From the NCBI GenBank assembly GCA_951406725.2, contig OX597814.1, positions 28,954,001 to 29,018,000 of the forward strand: a stretch of DNA of 64,000 nt, given 5' to 3'. Both the position numbers and the translations under genes were made by a program. The stretch is from Octopus vulgaris. Taxonomy: Eukaryota. Below are positions 1-12,651 of the stretch, one piece after another (position 1 is the stretch's first letter; each line of letters begins with the position of its first letter). A model generated the notes under the pieces. The model worked only from the letters and a program-made list of their open reading frames with translations, was not told where the DNA came from and did not search any database.

Positions 1-88
1 TGCTTCCCAGTCACATGGTCCCGGGGTCAGTCCCACTCCGTAGTACTTGAGCAAGTGTCCTTCTGTTAGAGAGGTGCGCCAACCAAAG

Positions 89-120
<32 letters not shown>

Positions 121-123
<3 letters not shown>

Positions 124-361
124 CGTGATCACCGTGACCGACCAGGCTATCAGATGTTGTTACACATCTCTGGTCACAATGCGCTTCGCATTGTTTTAGC
201 CTTCAAATGACGCCACCCCGCTGGCTAAGTAGCAGGCCAACAGAAGAAAGAGTGAAAGTTGTGGCGAAAGAGTACAGCAGGGATCGCCACCCCCCTGCCG
301 GAGCCTCGTGGAGCTTTAGGTGTTTTCGCTCAATAAACACTCACAACGCCCGGTCTGGGAA
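121..361 (-). mobile_element. SINE, head/body H1 (5'-truncated) joined to tail T3
   Basis: Body (gtgtttattgagcgaaaacacctaaagctcc...) matches 22843-23226; tail (ggctaaaacaatgcgaagcgcattgtgacc...cacggtg) matches 25240-25363; flanked by TA repeats. Confidence 0.8.
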
Positions 362-408
362 ATATATATATATATATACACATACATACATACATACATG
401 CATACATA

Positions 409-865
409 CAGTAACACCTCGACTAACGCGGGTGTTATGTTCCTAAAACCGCCATAGGTGAAAATCCGCGAAGTAGAAACAGTATATTTATTTTATTATA
501 AATGCAAAACAACACCACACACTCGTCCCCCCCCCCCGATCTTCGCTTTTCATACAGTAGGTACGAATCTTTGTTTACTCATCTACGGTACACTACGTAT
601 TTTCTTTTAATATATTTTCATTATTGTGTTATACAGTGCAATACTGTGCTGCACTTTTTACTTATTAATTTATTGATTTTAGGCGTGAAAATGCTTATTT
701 TACCACATAAATAATAGATTTTAAAACGAAAATAAGTACCGATCGGCTGCAGAAGCCCACGATATACTGAGGAGTCCGCGATATAAATTTACATATATTA
801 GCCAGAAAAATCCGCAATGTACTGAGGGCGCGATAGGTGTATCGCGATATGACGAATGATCATTG
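409..865. mobile_element. Tigger/pogo-like MITE (degenerate)
   Basis: TA|cagtaacacctcgactaacgcg ... cgcgatatgacgaatgatcattg|TA: imperfect terminal inverted repeats with TA flanks. Confidence 0.55.
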
Positions 866-987
866 TATTCGACTAAGGGCGATGCTCCAGCACAGCCGCA
901 GTCTAAATGACTGAAACAAGCAAAAGAATAAAAGAATATGTGTGTGTATGTGTGTGTGCGTGTGAGTGTATGTGTGTGTGTGTTTAA

Positions 988-1700
988 TACGCGGTCTCAT
1001 CAATAAGTTTCCGGACTGTTGTCATAGAAACGAAGTTACAGCACGCAGAGTAAAGCCGCTAGGCATATATCGACCTTGAACTTTCCTGTGCATGCGCCCT
1101 AAGTTTTAACGTTCTAGCTCACTTCCGCTGTTTACAGCAATGCTTAGGATGAACGTGTGTAGTGTGTGATCGTCACATTGACAGAGAAAGTTGTCATGGT
1201 GATATCTGCTCAGAGGGCTACGCAAAGTTGCAGAAAGTTTATGGATAGGGATGTATGAGTTCACACAGGTGTATGAGTGGTCCAGACGTTTGCAAGATGG
1301 CCGAAGAAATGTAGATATTGATGAACGTTCTGGAAGACCTGCAGCCAGCAGAATTGAGAATAACATCGCAGATGTGCGTGCAGCTGTGAGGGGAAAACGT
1401 CGAATCACCGTCCGTGATTTATCAGAGGATGTGCAGATTAGTAACGGTTCCGTTCAGTCCATTATCATTGAAGATTTGGGTATGAGATGCGTGTCTGCCA
1501 ATTTTGTGCCAAAACTGCTTTCAGCTGACCCCCCCCCAAAAAAAAACCAGCCGGGTTTCAGTTGCATAAGATCTTGATTGTATTGAGAACGATCAAAACT
1601 TTTTGAAAACTTGGCGTAGGTATCACCAAGATTTTGGCAAAATTTGATTGCAGACTTCTATGAATTTTCTGGTGATTCAGTTCCGCACACATTGCATTTT
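988..1700 (+). mobile_element. Mariner transposon remnant (5' end and N-terminal HTH part of transposase)
   Basis: ORF 1251-1577 VYEWSRRLQDGRRNVDIDERSGRP...RRITVRDLSEDVQIS...LGMRCVSANFVPKLL is typical mariner N-terminus up to the WVP-like motif; TIR-like tacgcggtctcatcaataagtttccggact at 988; right boundary uncertain. Confidence 0.8.
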
Positions 1701-1797
1701 GGCTAAGATTGCACGAAGTAGGGCTTAAACCAGAATCATCCAATTCGGAAGCGAATTTATTAACCATTCGGCCACGCTGTGACTACACACACATTTA

Positions 1798-2135
1798 TAT
1801 TGGGTTGTCCGGAAAGTTCGTGCCGATTTTAAAGGAAAGAAAAAGGTTAATAAATACTTGCCGTTACATTTTTAATCAACCAAATATAAACCATTTTGTT
1901 GCACTTGAAAATACCCTCTTCCCAGAATTGAGGTGGTTTCAACGACAAAAAATTCATCAAGGTATCTTTTTACGTCATCCAAGGAATTGAAAGAAATTTT
2001 TACCATTAAGACTATTTTGCAGAGACCTGAATAAATGGAAATCCGAAGGAGCAATATCTAGTGAATATGGAGGGTGGGGTAACACATCCCAGCCGAGCTG
2101 CAGCAATTTTTGTCTGGTTCCCAAAGCATCAAGTG
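1798..2135 (-). mobile_element. Mariner transposon remnant (C-terminal catalytic region and TIR)
   Basis: Minus strand reads TRQKLLQLGWDVLPHPPYSLDIAPSDFHLFRSLQNSLNGK (YSPDLAPSD motif), then frameshifted FNSLDDVKRYLDEFF; TIR-like tattgggttgtccggaaagttcgtgccgatttt. Confidence 0.9.
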
Positions 2136-2279
2136 CCAAAAATGAACTTTCTTATCTTCCATTTTAAAGGGTTACAGAATTAGCACAGGTTATAGGAACA
2201 TAAACTTTCTCCCCCGAAAAGATAGCTTAAACTGTGCTCTAAATGGAGGTGTAGTCAAATCATATTTTATATATATATC

Positions 2280-2351
<72 letters not shown>

Positions 2352-2955
2352 TTTTAAAATTTCGCTTAGGCATACTGACACTAATAATCTGGTATCAGAA
2401 CTCAATATATACATGAATACATGAATCTCAGACGAAGCTGATTCCCAATGATCAGTGCATCGCGTTCTATAGCAGAAACAGATGTAAGCCAATGAAGGTT
2501 GTTACATGATTTCTTGCTCCCTATTCGATAGATAGAAAGGTAGATAGATGTGTCATGTTTGGATACTGTGCCTGTAGAATGCTTAACGACTTTGAGTGCT
2601 AATTCAATGGGCAGATTGTATAGTCACTCGATGAAATTCGAAATGAGGGACCCTCATTATATATAAATATGTGTCTATGTATGTGTGTGCGCCCGCGCAT
2701 GTGTGTGCGCTCGTGTGTGCGCGTGTGTTGCATTTTATGCTTTAAGACTGATCTGAAAAAACTGTTCTCGCTTATGTTTTTTTTTATCTCCCTATATGTC
2801 ACGTGACGTATGTTTTCGATAAATAGACATGGTTCACTTAAGAAAGCTGGTCGATACAATCGAGTAAACTCTTGAAAGGGTTGATTCATCTTGACCGCAA
2901 TCCAGTAAACTAATAAAAATACACACGCGCACACACACACACACACACACAGACA

Positions 2956-2992
<37 letters not shown>

Positions 2993-3888
2993 AACACACA
3001 CACACACACACACACACGAAACACACACAATATACATACATAAGTAAACACATAAATAGCCTATAAATTTTAATGTACATTTTACGTACAATACGTCTTT
3101 TATATTTGCATATGTAGTCATATACAATATATATTATATTCAATATATTCTTGCATAAAATCTATGTATGGATGTTCATTTGTAATATGTATGTATAAGT
3201 ATGTAATATTTATTATTTATGTTTTATATATCTATATAATTATTACACACTGATAGTTACACACACGTGTGTATTTATGTAATATTTGTATAGCATATAT
3301 ACATACTATAATTATGATTACATACTTTTAAGAGATATAATTTTGATATACATTCAATAAACACACACAAACATATATACACACATATAATGATTGTGGT
3401 TACATGCATTAAGAGATATATAATTTTAATATGCATACACACACATATTAACATACGTGCTCGCATCACACACTGACATACACACATATTATATACACAT
3501 AAAAAATGTTTGGTATGTTTTTGCCAAACAATGGAATGAACCAGCTTTTTAGAATTTGAAGAATGAATGGTGTTATCATTGAGCTGATGTCGCTAAAATG
3601 TCTTTTGTGAAATAACACAGAGAGGATACACACCATCAACCACATTCTTTCTCCTCCTTCTTCTCTTTCAAAAAGAGAAGAAGAAAATACAAGAAATAAA
3701 GAAAACGACAGAAATTATCATTTTCAGAAAAGAAATTATAATTTCGTGTAAATATTAGCATTTCATTATCATTTATATTTTGTTAAATTTTCTTACTTTT
3801 TCATTCACACAATAACCACATGTGAAGAAATATCTACATAAATCTATATACATATACATACAAACATATGTGTGTGTTTGTATGTGTG

Positions 3889-3927
<39 letters not shown>

Positions 3928-4118
3928 TTGTACCTAAATATATACGTTCACATATGTGCTTAGACATAAACTGAAGCATGTAATTACACTAACACAAGTA
4001 TGCGTTCATTATAGGTTCTTATAAAACAACAGTGTTTCACGTAGTACATAAAAATAAGCTAAACACACTTAACAGAATAACGCAATTTGCATACACGCAA
4101 GCATGAATTACACACACA

Positions 4119-4156
<38 letters not shown>

Positions 4157-4322
4157 TAACAACTATAACATATAGACACTTTAAGCATACAGAGTGTTTT
4201 CTGGAGGGTTGAAAGACAAAATTTAGGCCCGCTGGGATTATTTCAATTCTGAGCGTAGGACGACTGCCCTAAATAGTGTAATGAATTCAGCCTGACTCTT
4301 TAACTGCCCCTCCCCCCCCACG

Positions 4323-4355
<33 letters not shown>

Positions 4356-4638
4356 TGATACACACGCATGCATGCAGGTTCATGCATACATACATCAAGC
4401 ACGCACGCACACAGACACAGACACACACACATGCGTACATATGCGCCCACAGAGGAAGAGTGACGACATCCACACGCTCTTCCTTTTAAGCAGGCAATTG
4501 AACGGATTTCCAGCCAATCAAACAATTAAGTTAAGCAATTAACTTATCCTGAAGTCATTGTAATTAAGCAATCAAACACCCAGTCAAGTAAGTAATCGAT
4601 CAAACAATCGATCAATCAATCAAGCAATCAAACACTGA

Positions 4639-4677
<39 letters not shown>

Positions 4678-5321
4678 CAATCAAACAGCCACATAATCAA
4701 TTAATCAGGAAATCCAATATGCAAGTAATCAACGAGACACTTAAAAACAATGAAGCTGAGACAGACAGATGTCTGTCTCAGGCAGAGAGAAAAACAGACA
4801 GACAGACAGACAAACAGTCAGAAAAGGCAGTTTGATAGAGAGGCAGACAGGTAGGATGACAGACAGGCAGGCAGACAGGTGGACAGACAGCTACTCATTC
4901 ACAAATTTAGGTGCAGTTTCTCTTGATCGGAGATTTCGCATATTAATTACCAAAGCGGTTTGTTTATATTGGCATCTTCACATAACTGTCGCCGTCATTG
5001 GGGCCGTGTTGTTTAGTCTAGGCTGGCACTCAGGTTTAAAAGCGTAACTTATGATCAAAGGCGTTCCTGCTGTGACCAACTCGTCGTTTTTTTTTTGTAT
5101 ACTTAGCACTACATTAAACGATCTCTTCGCTTTTCCAAGACTGTAGGGTGTGAGTTGAGGAACATTCTGCTGCTATTTTTATCAGCACCAGTCACTAGTT
5201 TGACTTGTAGACTCAAATGTCTACGAGAAAAAGCAGGAAAATATGGCACCTGTGACTTGAGAGTAAATCTGGTAGACGGAAACTACGGGTAAGCCCGCCG
5301 TCCTTACACCCACACCCACAC

Positions 5322-5359
<38 letters not shown>

Positions 5360-5362
<3 letters not shown>

Positions 5363-6433
5363 TTAAGGGTGAGAGAATTAGATACTAATTTAATAGTATA
5401 TTTATTCAACACCAAGTGGCCTAGTGCTCCGAGAAACCTGGATTATTATAATATTTTATAACATATTATAATATTTTTACAAAATAAATATAAGAGAGTG
5501 GTCACTATATTGCTCACTCTAGCACCAGTTAATCCAAAAGGTTTCAACCACGAAAATACATGCTTCCCATGAAAGTCAGTACGATTGTTAGCTCACACGG
5601 ACAGGGCAAATAAAAAATAACAAAAATACAGATTATTTTGGGACAATTGTTTCGCTATTAATGAATTAAATGTAATTTTACTTACAAAAAATCCATTTGT
5701 AGCTCGTCAGCCAAGACTATCTGGATGAAATCCACTCAAACACACGCCAGATTTTACCATAACGATAAATACGCGTGTGGTTCAATTGATTACATCCGAC
5801 GTTATAATTCAAATGCCCCAACCAACAGCGCGCCAAACTTTCACGGAAAACAAATACAGCATTTAGAAATAAATGCAGCATAATTATAATTAATTAATAA
5901 GGGTGAGAGAATTAGATACTAATTTAATAGTATATTTATTCAACACCAAGTGGCCTAGTGCTCCGAGAAACCTGGATTATTATAATATTTTATAACATAT
6001 TATAATATTTTTACAAAATAAATATAAGAGAGTGGTCACTATATTGCTCACTCTAGCACCAGTTAATCCAAAAGGTTTCAACCACGAAAATACATGCTTC
6101 CCATGAAAGTCAGTACGATTGTTAGCTCACACGGACAGGGCAAATAAAAAATAACAAAAATACAGATTATTTTGGGACAATTGTTTCGCTATTAATGAAT
6201 TAAATGTAATTTTACTTACAAATGGATTTTTTTTGTAAGTAAAATTACATTTAATTCATTAATAGCGAAACAATTGTCCCAAAATAATCTGTATTTTTGT
6301 TATTTTTTATTTGCCCTGTCCGTGTGAGCTAACAATCGTACTGACTTTCATGGGAAGCATGTATTTTCGTGGTTGAAACCTTTTGGATTAACTGGTGCTA
6401 GAGTGAGCAATATAGTGACCACTCTCTTATATT

Positions 6434-6440
<7 letters not shown>
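5360..6440 (-). mobile_element. Non-coding Penelope/retrozyme-like element: 534-bp unit in partial tandem plus inverted partial copy, inserted in (TA)n
   Basis: taagggtgagagaattag at 5364 and 5898 (period 534, near-identical over ~325 bp); 6222-6440 is the reverse complement of part of the unit; contains hammerhead fold 5638-5714. Confidence 0.75.
5638..5714 (-). ncRNA. Type I hammerhead ribozyme motif
   Basis: Minus strand: UUGG-CUGACGA-GCUA-(loop)-UAGC-GAAAC-AAUU-GUC-CCAA; intact core, stem I UUGG/CCAA, stem II GCUA/UAGC, palindromic minimal stem III, GUC triplet. Confidence 0.8.
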
Positions 6441-6472
<32 letters not shown>

Positions 6473-6475
<3 letters not shown>

Positions 6476-6729
6476 TGAAGGCGCATGGGTGTTGTGCTTT
6501 TTGGGCAAGACACTTTATTTCATGTTGCTCTAGTTCACTCAGCTGTAGAAATGAGTTGCGACGTTACAGGTGCCGAGCTGTATCGGCCCTTGACTTTCTC
6601 TTGGAGAGGGGTGGCCGGTACGCATGGGCGACTGCTGGTCTTCCATAAACAGCCTTGCCCGGACTTGTGCTTTGGAGGGTAACTTTCTAGGTGCAATCCC
6701 ATGGTCAGTCATGACCGAAGGGAGTCTCA
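6473..6729 (+). mobile_element. SINE, head H2 (tRNA part deleted) with tail T4
   Basis: gggcaagacactttatttcatgttgctctagttcactcagctgtagaaatgagt matches the H2 body at 24690-24750; distinct 3' part; flanked by (TA)n. Confidence 0.7.
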
Positions 6730-6767
<38 letters not shown>

Positions 6768-6769
<2 letters not shown>

Positions 6770-6925
6770 TCAAATCAAATGAACGAACAATAAAATTAAC
6801 AATAACAGGCAACAAGAGGACGTGCACAATGAATGTATTAGTTTGATGCTCAGTAAAAGGAGAGAGTATTTGACGTTTCGAGCATAGCTCTTCGTCGGAA
6901 AGGAAAAGAGGGAAAAAATGTCAGC
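6768..6925 (-). mobile_element. Short (TA)n-inserted element with minimal hammerhead-like motif (6869-6901)
   Basis: Minus: UUU-CCGACGA-A-GAGC-UAU-GCUC-GAAAC-GUC-AAA; related to 17837-18160, 38668-38918 and 60246-60310. Confidence 0.6.
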
Positions 6926-6955
6926 AGTACGTGTATAGTTACACGTGTGTGAGCG

Positions 6956-6988
<33 letters not shown>

Positions 6989-9187
6989 ATGCGTGCGTGC
7001 GTGCGTGTGTGAGTATGTGTGTGTATGTACGTGTGTGTGTGTACGTGTGTGACATGGTGTTTGTGTTTTTCCAGAACTACCACTTGACAATCAGTGTTAG
7101 TTTATTTACGTCCCCGTAAATGAGAGATTCAGCCAAAGAAACCGATAGAATAAGAACCAAAACTTAAAAATAAACACTAGGGTCGATTTGTTCAACTAAA
7201 CCTTTTAAGGCGGTGTCCCAGTATGGTCGTAGTATAATGACAGAAACCGGTAAGAGACAGAAAATATGGGAAATCAAATATTAGTAATAAATACATAGTT
7301 AAACTACAATTTCGTTAAATCTGCTTTAACATTGTACAATTGATTTGTGATAAGGTGATGGGGGGGACTATTTTAAAATGTTTGTAGTTTTCATAGTATT
7401 AGTGGATTAGTTCTGGTATAACTATAACAGTGCTTTTTGGCACTGGAAGCGAACATATACATACGCAGGCGACGTGCAGAAATAAACATATAGGGAAAGA
7501 AAGAGAACTAGAAAGATAGGGGGTGGAGAGAGAGAAAGAGGGGAGGGAGAGAGAGAGAGAGAGAGAAAGGTTGAGAGAAAGGTTGAGAGAAAGGTTGAGA
7601 GAAAGGTTGAGAGAAAGCCTTTACAATTTATTAATCAAACGCGATCGACATAAACACTTTTCCTCTCTTACACTTAAAGAAAAATTTACTCACACAAATA
7701 AACAGAGAGAGAGAGAGGGGGAGGGAGGGAGAGAGAGAGGGGGAGGGAGAGAGAGAGACGAACGAGAGACATTAAAACGTCTTATGTCAAATAAGTCTGC
7801 GTTGAATCAACGACGGCAACACATCTGCGCCAAAACATACCTTACCAGAAAACATGAAATATTCTCTTTAAACTCAGCTTCAAATTAGAACTGACGTAGA
7901 ATGTGGCGCCATGATTAGTCTTGTAATCTTGTTAGATCGTAAAGGTGCCAGTTAAGCACAAAGAGAAGAGTATACATGAAAAGTTCCAATTTTCACTGTC
8001 AAGGGATGCAATGGGATTGGCACTCTCCATTTCAAACTTCACGCGTCAGTTTGAACTGAATTTGAACTGCACTACCCTATGATATCAATTTAGAGTTATC
8101 TCGGTCGTTGAAGTGATACTTGGTAACAGGCACGTCGGTATATGCAGTGGTGATGCATAAATACGAAACACTAGCCTGCAGTAGCCTTAAGAATACAACC
8201 ATGAATGTAAGTATTTGAGATAAAAAAAAAATTCACACAAATGACACATGACTTCGAATTTGAAAGGGGAAACAATCAATTGAATCAATACCGACTTGTG
8301 ATTGGTCCTGTTGCCCTTAGAGAGAAGCAAGAACAGTCGACAGAAAGATAAAACACACAGATAAGACATTTAGTTTAAAAGAGATGAAACTTGATCTTGG
8401 TTTACCAAGAAATTTTTTCTTGCAGTTCAGTTTCCACTTCATACTCTATGAACCAGTACGAGAGTTTGTATTCGGGCATCCAAACTGTTCGACATAGCAA
8501 CCAAATGTCCTTCAAATCAGACCATTAGATAATGTAATCGCATACTTTCGTTAATAGGCTAAATGGGCCGGCTTGGATTGACTTTGATCATTGGTCTGCT
8601 CAATCATGTTTGACCCGGGGCTAAGTAACAACAAAAATAAACACAACAGACATTAAATTCATTTTATGGCATTGTAACAAACCAGCTCCTTTTATGTTAC
8701 GTATATTTATGTATATGTGAGTATGTTTCTATGCACGTCTGGTTATATATATGTATTTGTTTCCATGCACTTACGTCTATTATGTATGTATGCGTTTGTA
8801 TGCGCACTTTTATGTGTATGTGTATTCATACATGTATGTATATATTTGAGTAGTGTGTGAGAAAGAGACAGAGACAGAGATGGGTATTTGTGTATTAATG
8901 TATGTATATTTGTAGATAAGTATGTATACATTTACATATGTAAGAGTGTAGTTCCGTATGTTTGTACATGGACGTTATATATTGGCAGTAGAAGTGCGTA
9001 TGTCCATGTATATGTTTGTGTATGAGTTCCGCGAATGCGCCTGTACATTTAATCAGATATGTTTACATACATACGTACACATACATACATACATACATAC
9101 ATACATACATACATGCATATATACATACATATACGCCGCATATGACTAAGTGAACGGGATAGTGGGTTTGGAGGTGAATGTGGAAAT

Positions 9188-9244
<57 letters not shown>

Positions 9245-10069
9245 CACATATAATATATATATATACATAATATATATATATATATATATGTTTGTATGAG
9301 TAATACGTGTGTATTATATATATATATGCATATATATATATATATTAATGTATGTATATGCATATATATATATATATATATTTATATATCTATGTATGCA
9401 TGCATGTATATGAATATATATATATATATATATAAGAATATGTGTGTGTGTTTGTGTATGCATATGTATGTCTATATGTGAATGTGTGTGTGTCGTGTAT
9501 GTGTATTTAACAGTGATTTTATTTTCCATCTTTTAAGTTATTTGTTATCAGCCATAAATCTTCCGCTCCTACCCTACCCACTTTATTTTTCTTCAGTTAT
9601 ATGTTGCACAGCTTTAACTTCTCTACAAGAATACAGACTGGCTGGAACAGGCATAAATCGATGGTATTTATTGAAATATTTTCTTCTCCTAGATTCAGAA
9701 GTTGATAATATTGATCCAAGAGTCATTGCGTCTTTATCATTGTTTCTATGTGAACCATTCGTTCAATCTCTATTGTGCGATCTGAAATACTGATGATTAC
9801 TTGGCTATGCTATTTCTGAATAGATACTTGGAAGGGGGAAAAAAACACTGATACATACATAATAAATAAATGCATCTACACAATCATATACCCAGATATT
9901 AGTAAGAAGAGCCTATAAGTGACTGTCCGGGATCTGATAGAAATAGCAGTCGTGTCTATCTGTCAAATACCACACCCTACTTTTTAAAAAACGGAAGGAC
10001 CTCTTGAATAACGATTATATATTAATGAGTTACTGACCCTCTCTGCAAAATAGGCATCTGCAAAATATA

Positions 10070-10468
10070 GGCGAAGGAGTGGCTGTGTGGTAAGTAACTT
10101 GCTTACCAACCACATGGTTCTGGGTTCAGTCCCACTGCGTGGCACCTTGGTCAAGTGTTTTCTACTATAGCCTCGGGCCGATCAAAGCCTTGTGAGTAGA
10201 TTTGGTAGACGGAAACTAAAAGAAGCCCGTCGTATATATGTATGTGTGTGTCTGTGTTTATCCCCCAACATCGCTTGACAACCGATACGGGTGTGTTTAC
10301 GTCCCCCGTAACTTAGCGGTTCAGCAAAAGAGACCGAGAGAATAAGTACTAGGCTTACAAAGAATAAGTCTTGGGGTCGATTTCTTCGACTTAAAGGCGG
10401 TGCTCCATCATGGCCACAGTCAAATGACTGAAACAAATAAAAGAGTAAAAGAGAAAGAGTAAAGAGAG
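10070..10468 (+). mobile_element. SINE family A, full length
   Basis: A box tggctgtgtgg, B-box-like ggttcagtccc, internal (TA)(TG) tract, 3' gtaaaaga repeats; matches >10 copies in window. Confidence 0.9.
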
Positions 10469-10604
10469 TCTGATCTACAATTATTTAAATGATTTGGTAT
10501 GGAGGAAAGAGATAAACCCATGGCCTTCGCAGACGTTCCAAACTAGTGAAACGGATGTAGGTTAATGTTTGTTCTTGAATCACAGCAAGTCAGTGACTAC
10601 AGAA

Positions 10605-10635
<31 letters not shown>

Positions 10636-10842
10636 GAAGGGTTTTCCTGAGGGTCGGCGTTTTGGATGGTAAGCTGGGAGGATCAGTATGAGCTTTAATC
10701 GGAGTCTAGGATAGTAGATGTGACAGCTTTTTAGGGGACAAGAGGAAATGAGATATGTGAGAGTCAAGAATGCCTGAATATAAGCAGCACGACACCAATA
10801 TGTTCTGAGGGTCAGAATGAAAGTAGCCGTAAAAAGATAGAG

Positions 10843-10914
<72 letters not shown>

Positions 10915-10932
10915 ATTATTATTATTATTATT

Positions 10933-11012
<80 letters not shown>

Positions 11013-11031
11013 TATTATTATTATTATTATT
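10843..11031. repeat. Compound (ATT)n-(ATC)n-(ATT)n microsatellite
   Basis: Direct reading. Confidence 0.95.
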
Positions 11032-11490
11032 GAGTGAGAGAGCAGTGCATGCCATCAAAGTGACACTGGGGTAAAATATACGAGGCCCAATATACACATC
11101 ATGACTACCCGTCTGATAAGGGTACACCAGGCACATGCATCACAACCATATGTGCGCGACATGGTGATCTCATATCAAGATAAACAGCACATGACCTTGC
11201 AGGTGGGGCCCAGTTAGAATTTTCTTCAGGTTGAGTAGCCCATCCCGCTCAAAAGGTCCCTGAATAAGGGTTGTTTAAGGATGTTGAAAGAACCACCCAT
11301 GTTTCCAGAGGTGAATTATTCAAACCCCAAAGAATCCCTCTCAACACATGGCTATGATGCTCCCCCACTACTTCTGCTCGTGATTATAGATGCACATATC
11401 GTCAGCCACTAAGGGACATGCTCAACTGGTTAAGGTCAAACAACTGACAAGCAAATCTGTGGTATTGAGCAGAATATTTGTTGTAGCCCA
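11032..11490. mobile_element. Unclassified ~460-bp non-coding insert bounded by (ATT)n on both sides; probable (TAA)n-targeted retroelement piece
   Basis: Sharp-edged, higher-complexity block between pure ATT arrays, next to an R4/Dong fragment. Confidence 0.45.
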
Positions 11491-11571
<81 letters not shown>

Positions 11572-11587
11572 CATTATTATTATTATT

Positions 11588-12510
11588 TTATGTTTGACTT
11601 ATGCTTTGCATTTGTACAAGTTGGCTCCAAGTTTTACCCAGATACCTCAAGAGACAACAAGTTAGAAGTTCATATTTGTGTTATGCGGAGGGTGCCATAT
11701 ATTTGGTTTTGTACATAGTGTTGTTCTAGAGAATGTTTAAGAAACCATGAGAAAATTACGTGTTTGTTTTAAAATTTGAGATTACATAGACAATATTTTG
11801 CAAAGGATATGGGCAGATCCCTTGAGCACTATCTTTTGAATTTCTGCCATTTTGGGGTTTCCTGGTATCTGAGCTAGGTAGCAATCAGCCCCTTTTCCTA
11901 TCATTCCCAGGGCACCTATGACAACAGGTATTGTTTTAGTTTTCAGGTTCCATATTTTGCTAATTTCTATTACAAGAACTTGCTCAGTTTTTGGTAGGTC
12001 TTGACAGGTACGTTTATATCGATCGGGACAGTCATATCAATGTGGAGGCATTAACTTTTGTCTAAAGTCTTTCTTGACTTCCTGTTAATCTCCTTTAGCT
12101 CATCTTCTGTCCACTTCAGGATTCCAGCGCCATACCGAACTGCTGCGACTGCGCACAAGTTTATTGCCGAAATTATGTTTGTTGTCTTCAGCTTTGAAGC
12201 TAGTATTTTTCTCACTCGCCGCAGGTACTCTTTTTCCTTCATGTTGTGTTTAATTCCATCTGCTTCAAGTATTTCCAGTTATTTACAGCTTGACTGAGGT
12301 TGAATTGCCTTCATCATTTCACCACTTGGCAACCCTATGCCTTCTATCCTGACAAGCTTTCCTCATCTCATCACCATCGTAGCACATTTTGAGAGTCCAA
12401 ACTCCATCTTAATATCAGTGGAGAAAATCCGCACAAACTGGACTAGGCTGTCAAGTTCTGCCTCACATTTTGTGAATAACTTCAAGTCGTCCACGAACAG
12501 CAAAAGGAAT
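11588..12510 (-). pseudogene. R4/Dong-clade non-LTR retrotransposon fragment (RT C-terminus, RLE endonuclease, 3' UTR), internally deleted
   Basis: Minus: LLFVDDLKLF...IKMEFGLSKCA...EYLRRVRKILASKL...AVRYGAGILKWTEDELKEINRKSRK, joined at ~12050 to IDMTVPIDINV...IWNLKTKTIPVVIGALGMI...IQKIVLKGSAHIL; flanked by (TAA)n, the known Dong target. Confidence 0.9.
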
Positions 12511-12525
12511 ATTATTATTATTATT

Positions 12526-12558
<33 letters not shown>

Positions 12559-12571
12559 ATTATTATTATTA

Positions 12572-12651
<80 letters not shown>

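Larger units (their letters stand above)
1..937 (+). mobile_element. SINE family A (tRNA-derived), split copy: head 1-92 and tail ~868-937, separated by nested insertions
   Basis: Head matches other copies (cacatggtcccggggtcagtcccac...); tail gctccagcacagccgcagtctaaatgactgaaacaagcaaaagaataaaag matches the family A 3' end. Confidence 0.7.
5262..7260 (+). mobile_element. Old SINE family A copy split by three insertions in its internal microsatellite
   Basis: Head-side fragment gtaaatctggtagacggaaactac (5262-5302) and tail-side part ttacgtccccgt...accgatagaataag...aaggcggtgtcccagtatggtcgtag (~7040-7260). Confidence 0.6.
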
